Part shown: one piece after another, positions 1 to 9,597 of the stretch
Layout: each line of letters opens with the position of its first letter
Position numbering within the stretch: position 1 is the stretch's first letter
From: a virus
Taxonomy: Duplodnaviria; Caudoviricetes
DNA: 64,000 bases
Reading direction: 5' to 3' (one strand)
IMG/VR virus record: IMGVR_UViG_2889049205_000001
Coordinates: 1 to 64,000 of that record
The notes under the pieces: model-generated
The model's input: the letters and a program-made list of their open reading frames with translations, nothing else
Told to the model about the DNA's origin: nothing
The model's database searches: none
Position numbers and translations under genes: made by a program

Positions 1-22
1 ATTGTTTTCCATTCCATTCCGA

Positions 23-2092
23 TCACCTCGCTCTGACTTCGATCAGATTTATTTTCGGAGAGATATGCGGGACGTTCTCCTCCCGCTTCAACATCGCTCG
101 CAGCACCACTTGATTGTTCTGTGCCTCGCTGTCTTCGACTTCATAAGAAAGCTGGAAGATGCAGCTCTTGGGCAAATAATTTAACACGACCTGCTGCTCG
201 TAGATGGCGAAACAGTCCCGGCTGTTCGGAGAGATGTTGTAATACAGCGTGTGAGCATCCACGAGCTTGAGCGGCTCTTTATCAGCTCGCACCCTCTTCT
301 CCAGTGCAAGGTTGAACTTGCCGAGGTAGGTTTCATTCGGCAGCTCTGTCTCGATAAAATCCTGGCGCATCTGCATGTTGCCGAAATGATACAGCACCTG
401 GATCTCGTTCCAGCCTGGTTCTAGGGTAATTGTGACTTCCTCGTTGGAGGCGACAAGCCGTTTCTGATTGACGTATACGGCGAAGGCACCCATCCGCTTC
501 TTCGGTCCATTCTCCTGGCTCTTTAGAATGGCCAATGACATCGGCACGACTCGTGTCTCGTCGCTTTGAATACACGTCGTGAACCGATAAAAGTTGTCCG
601 TGCTGCCGCCGCCGTCCCGCTTGAGACTTAGTGTATTGCTGATCGCCAAGTAATCGATCCGCACCGCCTCTGGCCGGTTATCGTACTGATCCTTCCACGA
701 ACCATTCAACGGCATCGTGCCGTCAAACTTCACATACGTCCTCTCCCGGCGCCACTGATTGATTCCTCGCATCAGCACTTGGTTGCGCATCTCCTCGAAG
801 TCATGCGGCAACGTGCCGTCGCCATCGTCTTTGATCAGGCGGAACACCTGCATACCGTTCTTGATCTCGAGCGTCGGCTCCGCTTTGGCCATCTCCACGA
901 ACTTGGTCGGCCGAGCCGAGAACTCCACGACCTTGGCATACTTCGGCGTGGTCTCATCCAGCGAGCTGATCGGAAACCAGAGCAGCGTGTCCAGATCCTT
1001 GCTCTCGTCATAGGAGGCTACTTCGTAATCGACCTCCGTACCATGCGGGATCTCATGGCCGGCCTTGATGGACACCTGATTAATGTTGGGCGTATCGAAT
1101 ACGATCGGTGTCGTGTAGAGGATACCCTCGCTCACATAATCCTTCTTGCTGGCTGTAATATTCTTGGCTCCGAAATAATACTGGTACACACCGCCGCTGT
1201 AATCGTCGTGATCCTTTTTCTCGAAGCTAAAGCGAATACCCTTTACTGTAATCTTGGAGAAGCTCCATACCGATTTATCAACGACTTTCCGTTTGTCCTT
1301 CTCGCCTGGGATTGGGGAGAACGTGAGACCGTCATACGTATATTCCAGCTGCATGAAGACTGGCTTCACGCTGTGGGCGACATACACCACCTCGTTGATC
1401 TCTTCTTCTTGTGGGAACACCACAATCAGCTCTGCCTGGATCGTTGTTGGCGCATCGACTTTGACGACCTGCCACCAGGCAGAATTGATGTCATCATCAA
1501 ACGCATTGTTAATAGTCTCGAGGGCGGCATGAACCACGTTTGCCGTAAGCGAATTAAACTTGGCTTGGGATCCATTCAGAAGAACTTTATTACTGTTGCG
1601 TTCATTCTCCCGCAGCGTCACTTGACGATCCTTCAAGTTGATATAAGCTGTTGTACGTTGGCCATTTACGGAGGACATGTCATAGAAATTCAGAATGTTG
1701 GCGTCCACATACCCCGCTCCGTTTTGGGAAACAAGCAGGAGTTGATCAACCTTTTTTGAGATACCAGCTAGGAGGTTCCACATCTTCTGCCGCTCCGTAT
1801 CCGCAAAGGTGAAGTCGGACATAATTCGGGTGGTCTGCTGAATCGTCGCTTCATAGGCGTCGGAGATGTCTTGATGAATGAGCCTAATATCGCTGTTATA
1901 CAAATCGGTGTCGGACTTTTGCCTGCGAAACAATTTCGTAGCTTTGAAACCGGGAGCTCCAGGGACATTGCCCCGGAGCCATTGGCCAAAGTGATACGTA
2001 ATGGTTTGCAGCGTCGGATATTTGCCTTCCAGCAAATAATATTTCACGATCTTTTCGATCGCCCGTGTAACTTGGATCTGCCTGATTCCCAT
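23..2092 (-). CDS. Virion structural protein (689 aa), paralog of the 817-aa protein and of the split protein starting at 6807
   Basis: Long ORF. Shares the N-terminal motif (SDTDLYNSDIRLIHQDI) and the C-terminal motif (LRAMLKR...SPKINLIEVR) with its neighbours. Confidence 0.8.
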   Translation of the reverse strand: MGIRQIQVTRAIEKIVKYYLLEGKYPTLQTITYHFGQWLRGNVPGAPGFKATKLFRRQKSDTDLYNSDIRLIHQDISDAYEATIQQTTRIMSDFTFADTERQKMWNLLAGISKKVDQLLLVSQNGAGYVDANILNFYDMSSVNGQRTTAYINLKDRQVTLRENERNSNKVLLNGSQAKFNSLTANVVHAALETINNAFDDDINSAWWQVVKVDAPTTIQAELIVVFPQEEEINEVVYVAHSVKPVFMQLEYTYDGLTFSPIPGEKDKRKVVDKSVWSFSKITVKGIRFSFEKKDHDDYSGGVYQYYFGAKNITASKKDYVSEGILYTTPIVFDTPNINQVSIKAGHEIPHGTEVDYEVASYDESKDLDTLLWFPISSLDETTPKYAKVVEFSARPTKFVEMAKAEPTLEIKNGMQVFRLIKDDGDGTLPHDFEEMRNQVLMRGINQWRRERTYVKFDGTMPLNGSWKDQYDNRPEAVRIDYLAISNTLSLKRDGGGSTDNFYRFTTCIQSDETRVVPMSLAILKSQENGPKKRMGAFAVYVNQKRLVASNEEVTITLEPGWNEIQVLYHFGNMQMRQDFIETELPNETYLGKFNLALEKRVRADKEPLKLVDAHTLYYNISPNSRDCFAIYEQQVVLNYLPKSCIFQLSYEVEDSEAQNNQVVLRAMLKREENVPHISPKINLIEVRAR

Positions 2093-2111
2093 TGAATATC
2101 ACCCGCTTCTT

Positions 2112-4994
2112 TTATACTGGACAGAGAACTTTATAGCTCCATGCTGTTGAGCCTGAACCGATGACAACGACTTTAATGAAATCGACGCCGTTATACGGAT
2201 TGTAGTAGAATGACAAACTATTTGTTCCGGATACCGGTCCACCGGTTTGCGCCACTAGCATATCTTGATAGTACACTTGCATTTCATCTGGAACTGTTTG
2301 CATGTTGTAGTCGATCACGACATTGCCTGGCGTACCTCCAAGCTTATGGAAGTTGGTTGTCGTACCAGCGCCCCCGGATTGCGATTGTACACCGCATGCG
2401 TATACATTGCCGTCGCTGGAGCACGTAATAATGTTGACCTGCTTTGTGGTGCTCGCCGTCGTTCCGCCAACCATTGTCACTTCAAAAATGAAGGTGTACA
2501 TGCCCGGAGAGAGCGTGTCCTTGGAGATGGTAGTCGAGAATGACCTTACCCCGAATGCACCATTGCCGGTGTACCAAACATGCCCAGTAGTATCGCTGAT
2601 CTTCACGGTGCTAACACCTCGGCTATCCCCACCGATAACATTCATACCAACAGCCAAATCCTTATTGCTGCACTCTATGCCAGAGACAACAGCATCTATG
2701 GTTGGTGGCGGCGTGCATTGACGGATGAAGATGGTCGTCGTCGCCATATCCGTTCGCCCCTCCATGTCCTCAACAGTAGCCGTCAGCGTGATCGTTTGAC
2801 CGCCCGTATAGGTATTGGCTGGCACAGTGATACTGTAGCTGCCGGTCGTTGTTGAACCATTGACGTTTTGCTGCGTCCATGTCCGGCCAAGATTATCTAC
2901 GACCTTATAAGATTTAATGCGACGCTGCGCACTGACTGATCCGCTAAACGTCCAACTGACGTCATTACACGTATCGATTAAAGTGCTGATCGTAATATCC
3001 GGCGAACAATTCATGAGCGTAAATTCCATAATTGGTTTGTTCGGTGTCGATACGACAGTTGGACTCACCTGATCGCTGTTGTTCGTTGCCCATCCCGTTA
3101 CACGATAGTCGCCCGGCTGCAGAGAGCTCGTGTTGATCGTAAAGTTGAAATCAATCCGTTTTTGGCCAGTGCCTATGATACGGTACGGCGACATATCGAT
3201 TAGATCGCCGGTGAAGAAGAACTTCACTTCTTTTAGGCCATCAAAGTCCTCTGCGTATCCCTTCACTTGAATAGCGTCCATGATGCAGGCCTGAATATGG
3301 CTGAACGGGAATGGCTCGATGTAAACGTGGGGCACATTCGGCGGATTGGCCGGATCAATACCGATGTCGTCATCGTTTTGTTTGGAGTCATCAATCGGAC
3401 AATGGTTGTTCGTGAACTCCTCCATGAACTTGAAGGCCACGTAATCGTTGACGTTCATCATGCTTGGCGCATTCGCATAGTTTCCGGCTTTGATCTCGCT
3501 GATCCATGGGCAGTTCACGATTTCCTTTGGCTCACCAACCATGAGCTCGTAATGACGAGTACCCTCTGTTGCAAAGGCTACTTCTTGGGACCATGCCTCT
3601 TTTGAATTGCCATAGTAATCGGAGAACTTGATCGCCACGCCGGTGACGTGTGCGTTATAAGAGCCGGCGCCTTCTTTTAACTGCTTTACCATAACAGTTA
3701 CACCATTGAACATATCCGACCAGCCAATCATCATCTTCACGTCGCCCATCATGACGGGCGTGCTGCCGAGCCCATCCATAGGAATTACAGCCCGCTCCAG
3801 CTTGTCGGTATTCGGATCATAAAATTGTACGATGATTCCGTCCCATAGAAGACAATCTCGCTGCGGGCCATTATCCGGATCGTATGGTTCGACTGGAGGG
3901 TCTGTTAGATCCAAATCCTTCGTGTGATCTCCGGGCTTGAAATCATGCGAGATTAGACAATGTTTGCTCGTAAAGTCAGCATCGAATGTGAAGATCACGT
4001 AGTCGTTCTGTGCGCCGATCGCCGGTGCAGTGGAGAAGTCTCCATTCTGTGCTGCCGTAATCCAGACACTTGGGTTTTTCGAAGATGGCTCGCCGAGCAT
4101 CGCCCCGACGTTTTTGGCGCCATTAGACTTGCTAGCCACGGCGGCGGCCCACGTCGTGATCTCCTTATCGTAATTGTCCTTGTACACCACGCCAATCGAG
4201 GAGAGCTGAAATGCAGTGCCGCTGGAATCATAGCTTTCAGTCATCATGACAATGACGCCGTTGTTTGCTGCGTTCCATCCGAAGGTGACTTTATCCCCGT
4301 TCCCGTTATCCAATTCGTAAGGAAGCCAGTCATACGGAATGTCGATGGATTCCAGTGTTTTGGTGTCACGATGGTAATATTGCACCAGCAGGGTGTCGAA
4401 CAACATGCAGTCACGGACTTTGACCGGCGGCGGCGGTATCGTGCAGTCCTTCAGAGAAAGCACGTAGCTGTCAGTATCGACATTGCCTTTGCTGTCGTAT
4501 CCTTTCACCTCAATGGAGATGGTTCCGCCCATCAGGTATTTATCGGTAGGGACCTTGAAGTTATAGGCCATCTCCGTTCTGTCGCCGACTCCCTTTTTCT
4601 CTTCGACCACTTCTCCGTTGATCAGAAGCACGACTTTGGTGATTCCAAATGGCCCGTCAACAACACCGGACACGGGTAATTGATCGCCATGACAAAGGGA
4701 CGCCAGTTTGTTTGTGATCCTCACGTTTAATTCCGGATGATCCGGATCTGGCTCATCTCCGTCATCATCGACGGGTGGTGGCGTCTGCGGATGTTCATCT
4801 GGATCCGGCGGTGGCGGTGGATCTCCAGCCGACGGTGGTGATGGTGGGAAGTACGGTGGGTCGATCACCTCGTCGCCGTCTCCTGCGTCCTCGTATGCTC
4901 TGCGGCTGGAGGCCTGGCTGTCCGATGCCTCGCCCTGCAGATACGCCTTAATAGTGAATCCCTTTAAGATGGGTGATGTATATTTCTCACTCAC
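2112..4994 (-). CDS. C-terminal part of a large virion protein: Pro-rich linker, Ig-like domains and two ~170-aa repeats; probably fused to 4991-6577 across a frameshift
   Basis: 960-aa ORF with PPPPDPD linker, Ig-like beta-strand patterns and RDC(M/L)L(F/W)D...NDYV.F.F...HC.I repeats. It begins with SPILKGFTIKAY, the motif that ends the paralogs. Confidence 0.75.
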   Translation of the reverse strand: MSEKYTSPILKGFTIKAYLQGEASDSQASSRRAYEDAGDGDEVIDPPYFPPSPPSAGDPPPPPDPDEHPQTPPPVDDDGDEPDPDHPELNVRITNKLASLCHGDQLPVSGVVDGPFGITKVVLLINGEVVEEKKGVGDRTEMAYNFKVPTDKYLMGGTISIEVKGYDSKGNVDTDSYVLSLKDCTIPPPPVKVRDCMLFDTLLVQYYHRDTKTLESIDIPYDWLPYELDNGNGDKVTFGWNAANNGVIVMMTESYDSSGTAFQLSSIGVVYKDNYDKEITTWAAAVASKSNGAKNVGAMLGEPSSKNPSVWITAAQNGDFSTAPAIGAQNDYVIFTFDADFTSKHCLISHDFKPGDHTKDLDLTDPPVEPYDPDNGPQRDCLLWDGIIVQFYDPNTDKLERAVIPMDGLGSTPVMMGDVKMMIGWSDMFNGVTVMVKQLKEGAGSYNAHVTGVAIKFSDYYGNSKEAWSQEVAFATEGTRHYELMVGEPKEIVNCPWISEIKAGNYANAPSMMNVNDYVAFKFMEEFTNNHCPIDDSKQNDDDIGIDPANPPNVPHVYIEPFPFSHIQACIMDAIQVKGYAEDFDGLKEVKFFFTGDLIDMSPYRIIGTGQKRIDFNFTINTSSLQPGDYRVTGWATNNSDQVSPTVVSTPNKPIMEFTLMNCSPDITISTLIDTCNDVSWTFSGSVSAQRRIKSYKVVDNLGRTWTQQNVNGSTTTGSYSITVPANTYTGGQTITLTATVEDMEGRTDMATTTIFIRQCTPPPTIDAVVSGIECSNKDLAVGMNVIGGDSRGVSTVKISDTTGHVWYTGNGAFGVRSFSTTISKDTLSPGMYTFIFEVTMVGGTTASTTKQVNIITCSSDGNVYACGVQSQSGGAGTTTNFHKLGGTPGNVVIDYNMQTVPDEMQVYYQDMLVAQTGGPVSGTNSLSFYYNPYNGVDFIKVVVIGSGSTAWSYKVLCPV

Positions 4995-6577
4995 GCCTCT
5001 CCCCCCGTTTCCGCCGGCCGTTCAAATAGCATTCGCATCCGGATACTGTACACCGGATATTCTGTTTCCAGATACCCCGGCCGTGGGTTCGCCTGTTGCG
5101 ACTGCTTCTCTACTTGCTGAATCGTGTAGATCTTTGGCGCCATCGCCTCGTCAGAGCTGCTCGCCATTTGCCGGCCCATTGGCGTAATGTCGTGCCAGGT
5201 CGCTCCATCATCAATTGATACCTGGTACTTGATGTACTGCGGCATTTCTTCTCTGACGTCGAGTGTGATTTTCTCGAGCGGCTGCTCAAAGTAGTACGGC
5301 TCCGTGACGATTTCACCAGTAGCTTCGTATTCGGTTGAGAAGATCTCGATGTCCCGGATCCCAATACAATACCGCCATCCCTCAAATCGTTCGATGCCCA
5401 TTTCGATGTTCTCGTCGTTCAAACTGTATTGCACGTTGGAGATGATGTTCTCCATTGATTGCGTCGTGCCGTCCGGCGTCTGCGGGCCATATGTAGCGTC
5501 TACAGAGGTGGGCGTCGCTTTAACCTGAACACCCAGATCCTGCAGCGCAATCTGCGGACCCTCGACTCGTGGCAAATGCGTCGGTGAATATTCCTTATTG
5601 ATCGTGTCGAATACATAGTCCGGGCCGTTTTCGATCTGCCGCTTGGCCTCATAATAGATGTGGCCAATGTCCGTAAAGTATTTCTCCGGCTGCTCAAACA
5701 GGATCGTGATGACCTTCGCCGTGCGTGGCGAGAAATGGAACGTGTAGTCGGAATCGAGCTTGGCGCTGGTCATCACTGATAATGGTGCGCTCGTGCCGTC
5801 CGAAACCAGGATATCTTTGACGATCGCCGTTTTGGCGCCATGGTTGGGCGGCGTGTACATATTCACATTGATTTGGTTGATCAGCGATTCTTCAGCCAGG
5901 ATAACCTGCAGATTCAGCTTCAGCACTCCGCCGTCAGGATCTCGGGCGAATCGAAGTGTCTGGTTCCCATTCACTTGATAATCCCATCCGAGATTCTTGG
6001 CCACCGCTTGTTTGTCTTGCTCTCGCACATTGACGAGCTCGTATTCGAACCATGTGTTTGCGTCGCCATCCAGCACAACGCCATATGCACCATGGTTGTT
6101 CTTCTCGCCCACGAACCGGTATGTGTAATCGTTGTTCGTTAAGGAGCTGCCCGGTGACACGGTGATCTCATGATTATTACCAGGGAAGCCATTGGACTCG
6201 CTGCCGATAATGAAATTCTTGTAGGTCTTGTTGCCGGGAACAATCGTAATCGTGGCTTCTTTGCCGACGCTTGACTGGCTTGTCTGGCCCAGTGTGACGG
6301 TGCCGTTCTCGATATGCGCTGGCGTCCCGCTGATCCGATCAAAATCAATCTTATCGTTATTGGCGAAGTCGTTACGGCAGAAAACGATCTGGCCGTTGAC
6401 ATTCAGGTTGGACGAGAGTAGCTCCAAATCCTTGAGCTTGTCGGCGATCTGGTCGAACTCGGCCTGGAGCATGCTTTGCTGCACGACGTTATGATTGAAA
6501 TCCGCATACAGTGCCCGGCCGATGATATCGACTTCTTGAAAGAGCAGATCCATATCCTGTTTAATCTCGCCCATCAT
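4991..6577 (-). CDS. Middle fragment of a virion structural protein (paralog family of the 689/817-aa proteins)
   Basis: 528-aa ORF. The frame continues upstream as PWSADFNN-MMGEIKQD, matching SSESYNANMQEIEFD of the 817-aa paralog. Confidence 0.75.
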   Translation of the reverse strand: MMGEIKQDMDLLFQEVDIIGRALYADFNHNVVQQSMLQAEFDQIADKLKDLELLSSNLNVNGQIVFCRNDFANNDKIDFDRISGTPAHIENGTVTLGQTSQSSVGKEATITIVPGNKTYKNFIIGSESNGFPGNNHEITVSPGSSLTNNDYTYRFVGEKNNHGAYGVVLDGDANTWFEYELVNVREQDKQAVAKNLGWDYQVNGNQTLRFARDPDGGVLKLNLQVILAEESLINQINVNMYTPPNHGAKTAIVKDILVSDGTSAPLSVMTSAKLDSDYTFHFSPRTAKVITILFEQPEKYFTDIGHIYYEAKRQIENGPDYVFDTINKEYSPTHLPRVEGPQIALQDLGVQVKATPTSVDATYGPQTPDGTTQSMENIISNVQYSLNDENIEMGIERFEGWRYCIGIRDIEIFSTEYEATGEIVTEPYYFEQPLEKITLDVREEMPQYIKYQVSIDDGATWHDITPMGRQMASSSDEAMAPKIYTIQQVEKQSQQANPRPGYLETEYPVYSIRMRMLFERPAETGGEA

Positions 6578-6807
6578 ATTGTTGAAGTCGGCACTCCATG
6601 GGGGCCGCCATCGACCGCATATCGAGGAATCATCATTGGCTGGCCGGCTGATACGAAGAAGTCCTGAAACGCCTTGAAGACTGTTTGAATCAGCTTGGTA
6701 TCCGACTTGATCGTGCCATCATCGAACTTGGCCTTTGCCTGCTCGAACTGGAAACGGGCCTGCAGATAAAGCATCTGCGAGTTATTTTTAATCGGCTCAT
6801 TAGACAT
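6574..6807 (-). CDS. N-terminal fragment (MSNEPIK...) of the same virion protein, frameshifted at ~6600
   Basis: Strong SD AGGAGG before ATG at 6807. Adding one base in the G5 run at 6600-6604 joins it to the 528-aa ORF. Confidence 0.7.
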   Translation of the reverse strand: MSNEPIKNNSQMLYLQARFQFEQAKAKFDDGTIKSDTKLIQTVFKAFQDFFVSAGQPMMIPRYAVDGGPHGVPTSTI

Positions 6808-9253
6808 TGCGTACCTCCTGGTCATAGCTTTGGCAGCGGAGCGTGTAATTGTAAAGGGCCGGCGTAATGCTCTCATAACCGGCATGATTGCGGCGCAGGA
6901 TGGCTTTAAGCCGAACGTCGGTTGTTAGGTAGTAATAGTCAACCGTTATATCTTTGAGCTCATCAACGGTCGGCGTGGTTGGGAAATAAATCTTGCTACC
7001 GATCTGAGCGAATACCTTCTCGCCGCTTGTCGCTTGTAACCGCTCCTTGTCATAAGTCCCGTTCGTGTAATTGGTGATGTTCGTATACTCTACTCCGCCG
7101 ACCCGCACGATGATCGGGTAGTACATGTCGGCAGCATTGAACTGGCTGCTGTCTTGGTTGTAGCGCTCGTTCTCCCCGTCGTAGCTGAAAACTTGCTCCC
7201 GGAAAATGTAAGGCGTATGCTTCAGCGTGACCGTGTAATTGGCATCGACCGCATCGAACGTTTCACCCGTCTCCCCATTGTCATTGATGTATTGCAACGG
7301 CTCAATGAGCGCCTGATCGATATCTACGAAGTAGGCGTCGTCGGATGGCTTGTAGCTTGCGGTATATGTGCTGGCCGGTGAATAGAAGTCTCTCAAAATG
7401 CCGATCTTCTTGCCGTCAACTGAGAGCTTATACATGAATGCTGGGAGTGGCTCGCCATTTCTCCGAATCGTTACTGTGTCGTTCGAGATAGCCTGGAAGC
7501 GGAAGCTAAATTGGATCGTGTCTTTCAGCTCTTCATACTCCTCACCCACGGTGTTGCCCATCAAGAGTTCGCCTTCGACATAGGCTTTGTTGGATGGCAG
7601 GATCGGTTTCCAGGATCCCGGATCCGGATTCTTGGTGTACCCCAGGTAGAATTCGATGTCCGTGATCGGCGCCTTGTCGCCCTGATCCATGTCAATTGTC
7701 TGATGCTTCTCCACTGTAGTCAGTGTGACTGTTTTCAGGTTGCTGGCCAGCGGCAGCGGCTTCGACACATAAATCGACTGCTGGTTGTAGCGGCGGCCGA
7801 CGATGCTGATGTTGTAGGCGCCATATAGATAGGTGTATTTGGATACCGGCTGCCACTCGCTCGCCAACGTCCCTTCTGTCTCTGCCTGAGTCTTCTTCTG
7901 ATTCGGCGCAATGGCTCGCAGTGCTAGCTGCATTGGGTTGGTATACTGGCCGGTCTTCACGACCTCCATGGCCTGCTTGGCGGCATCGAGCACGCCTTTT
8001 GCCTGTTCTCCCTTTTCCTTTGCCCAGTCCTGAAGAGCGGTGAGGTACCGACTCCATCCAGAGATTTCGTTTTTCTTGTCGAACTCAGCGATGGACTCGC
8101 CCGGCTGTTTGAAGTCCTGTGTCAGCTGCCGGTTGCCGGCGATCTTATCCCAGAGCTCAGCTTGATTGGCTTCATCCTTATTGACGATAAAGTTCTCTTT
8201 CGCATAGTTCTCTTGGCGAATCAACACTCGGAGCTTGGATATTTCTACAGAAGGAAATTGGAAGCTCATCTGTGTGTTGGACGTTTGGCTGCGCTGATAT
8301 GGACTCTCGTGAACTGGTGTGACGAGCTCATACACGTTGCCGTCGTACACCGATGATTCGTAGCCGTGAATACTAACGATTTGCATCGGGAATCCACAGT
8401 ATGGATCGAAGGTGATTTCTGAGACAGGCGTAACACCGTTCAGGGTAATTTCTAATTCACAAAGCGCTCCAGTGGTCGGTGTGTTCTTGTAGTCATGATT
8501 CCAGATATCGTCAATGTTGTGCTCAAGCGGTGCATCCGCCAAAATGACCTCCGCCCAGAAGCTTTCCTGCGAGCTGTCGATCGCATAATCAATCGTGTAC
8601 TTCGGATTGCCGGCAACCATGCCGGTCCGGTTTTTCACTTCAATGCGAGCCAGCTTGGCGCCATAGGGATTCTTGAGCTGATCAATCGTCTGTGCTGAAG
8701 AGAGCTGCAACCGGTCCACCACCGTTTCGGCCATGTACTCCGGAGGTAAATAGTTGCCCTGGCGTTCTTTCTGCAGAAGCAGCAGCGCATCGCTGGACGT
8801 TTCTGTATACTGCGGCGCCTTGAACTGTTCATGAACACCGGATAGGAATCCATCCGTGTTGGACATGACCAGCTTGTGCCGCTCTAACCTGGAGTCCAGG
8901 GCAGCGATCTTCTTTTGAATATCGGCCAGCATGGAGCGAGTGAGCTGCTGGTTATCGGTCAAAAGACGGTCGAGCTGATCTGAAACATCAAAGAGTGTGG
9001 CCAGATCGAACTCAATCTCCTGCATATTGGCGTTATAGGATTCGGAGCTGGTCAGCTCGGATTGATTGCGGGGCGTGAACGTCGGTTTTCCGTCCCGCCG
9101 GTCCAGGCCCTTGAGCAGCCGCTCGAGTTCTGCAGCCAGCTCGGTTTCCGACTTGATAATACCTTGACGCTGGCGGCTTTCCAGTAGCTCCATCAATTTC
9201 TTTCGCTGCGTCTCCGGCATGGTTAAGAGAAAATCATTAAGGAACTTACCCAC
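6800..9253 (-). CDS. Virion structural protein (817 aa)
   Basis: Long ORF with SD; paralogous N- and C-terminal motifs shared with the downstream genes. Confidence 0.82.
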   Translation of the reverse strand: MGKFLNDFLLTMPETQRKKLMELLESRQRQGIIKSETELAAELERLLKGLDRRDGKPTFTPRNQSELTSSESYNANMQEIEFDLATLFDVSDQLDRLLTDNQQLTRSMLADIQKKIAALDSRLERHKLVMSNTDGFLSGVHEQFKAPQYTETSSDALLLLQKERQGNYLPPEYMAETVVDRLQLSSAQTIDQLKNPYGAKLARIEVKNRTGMVAGNPKYTIDYAIDSSQESFWAEVILADAPLEHNIDDIWNHDYKNTPTTGALCELEITLNGVTPVSEITFDPYCGFPMQIVSIHGYESSVYDGNVYELVTPVHESPYQRSQTSNTQMSFQFPSVEISKLRVLIRQENYAKENFIVNKDEANQAELWDKIAGNRQLTQDFKQPGESIAEFDKKNEISGWSRYLTALQDWAKEKGEQAKGVLDAAKQAMEVVKTGQYTNPMQLALRAIAPNQKKTQAETEGTLASEWQPVSKYTYLYGAYNISIVGRRYNQQSIYVSKPLPLASNLKTVTLTTVEKHQTIDMDQGDKAPITDIEFYLGYTKNPDPGSWKPILPSNKAYVEGELLMGNTVGEEYEELKDTIQFSFRFQAISNDTVTIRRNGEPLPAFMYKLSVDGKKIGILRDFYSPASTYTASYKPSDDAYFVDIDQALIEPLQYINDNGETGETFDAVDANYTVTLKHTPYIFREQVFSYDGENERYNQDSSQFNAADMYYPIIVRVGGVEYTNITNYTNGTYDKERLQATSGEKVFAQIGSKIYFPTTPTVDELKDITVDYYYLTTDVRLKAILRRNHAGYESITPALYNYTLRCQSYDQEVRNV

Positions 9254-9257
9254 GATG

Positions 9258-9554
9258 TCACCTGCTTTCTGTTCGTAATGATGCCGGCTTTGGCGGCGTC
9301 AGGCCTGGTGGCCAGCCATAATTCTGTTCTTCTTTCTCGTACTCGTTATAGCAAGACCCGCAGCAAGTATATGTCCAGTCGCCGTTTCGCCGCTTTTGTG
9401 TGAACACATTTTTCCTGGTATTCACCCGAAACCAAACCTTGCACTTATCACATTTCCAATCACCGATCAGCCACCGAGCAATGTGATATAAAATCCAAGC
9501 AGGGATAATAATCCACCCGAACAAGATCCAAAATATTGGCATCCTAAAAATCAT
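9258..9554 (-). CDS. Small membrane protein with a putative zinc ribbon (98 aa)
   Basis: SD AGGAGG; hydrophobic N-terminus; CDKC and CGSC pairs. Confidence 0.7.
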   Translation of the reverse strand: MIFRMPIFWILFGWIIIPAWILYHIARWLIGDWKCDKCKVWFRVNTRKNVFTQKRRNGDWTYTCCGSCYNEYEKEEQNYGWPPGLTPPKPASLRTESR

Positions 9555-9575
9555 GAGAACCCCTCCTATGTAGAG

Positions 9576-9593
9576 AGGCAGCCGAAGCTGCCT
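9576..9593 (-). terminator. Hairpin with cUUCGg tetraloop (weak terminator or RNA-stabilising element)
   Basis: AGGCAGC-TTCG-GCTGCCT immediately after the stop of the upstream gene; poor U-tract. Confidence 0.5.
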
Positions 9594-9597
9594 GTGG

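Noticed and set aside
1-17. Start of a further minus-strand gene (SD GAGGTG, ATG at 17)
   Set aside because: Only five codons lie inside the window, too little to call.
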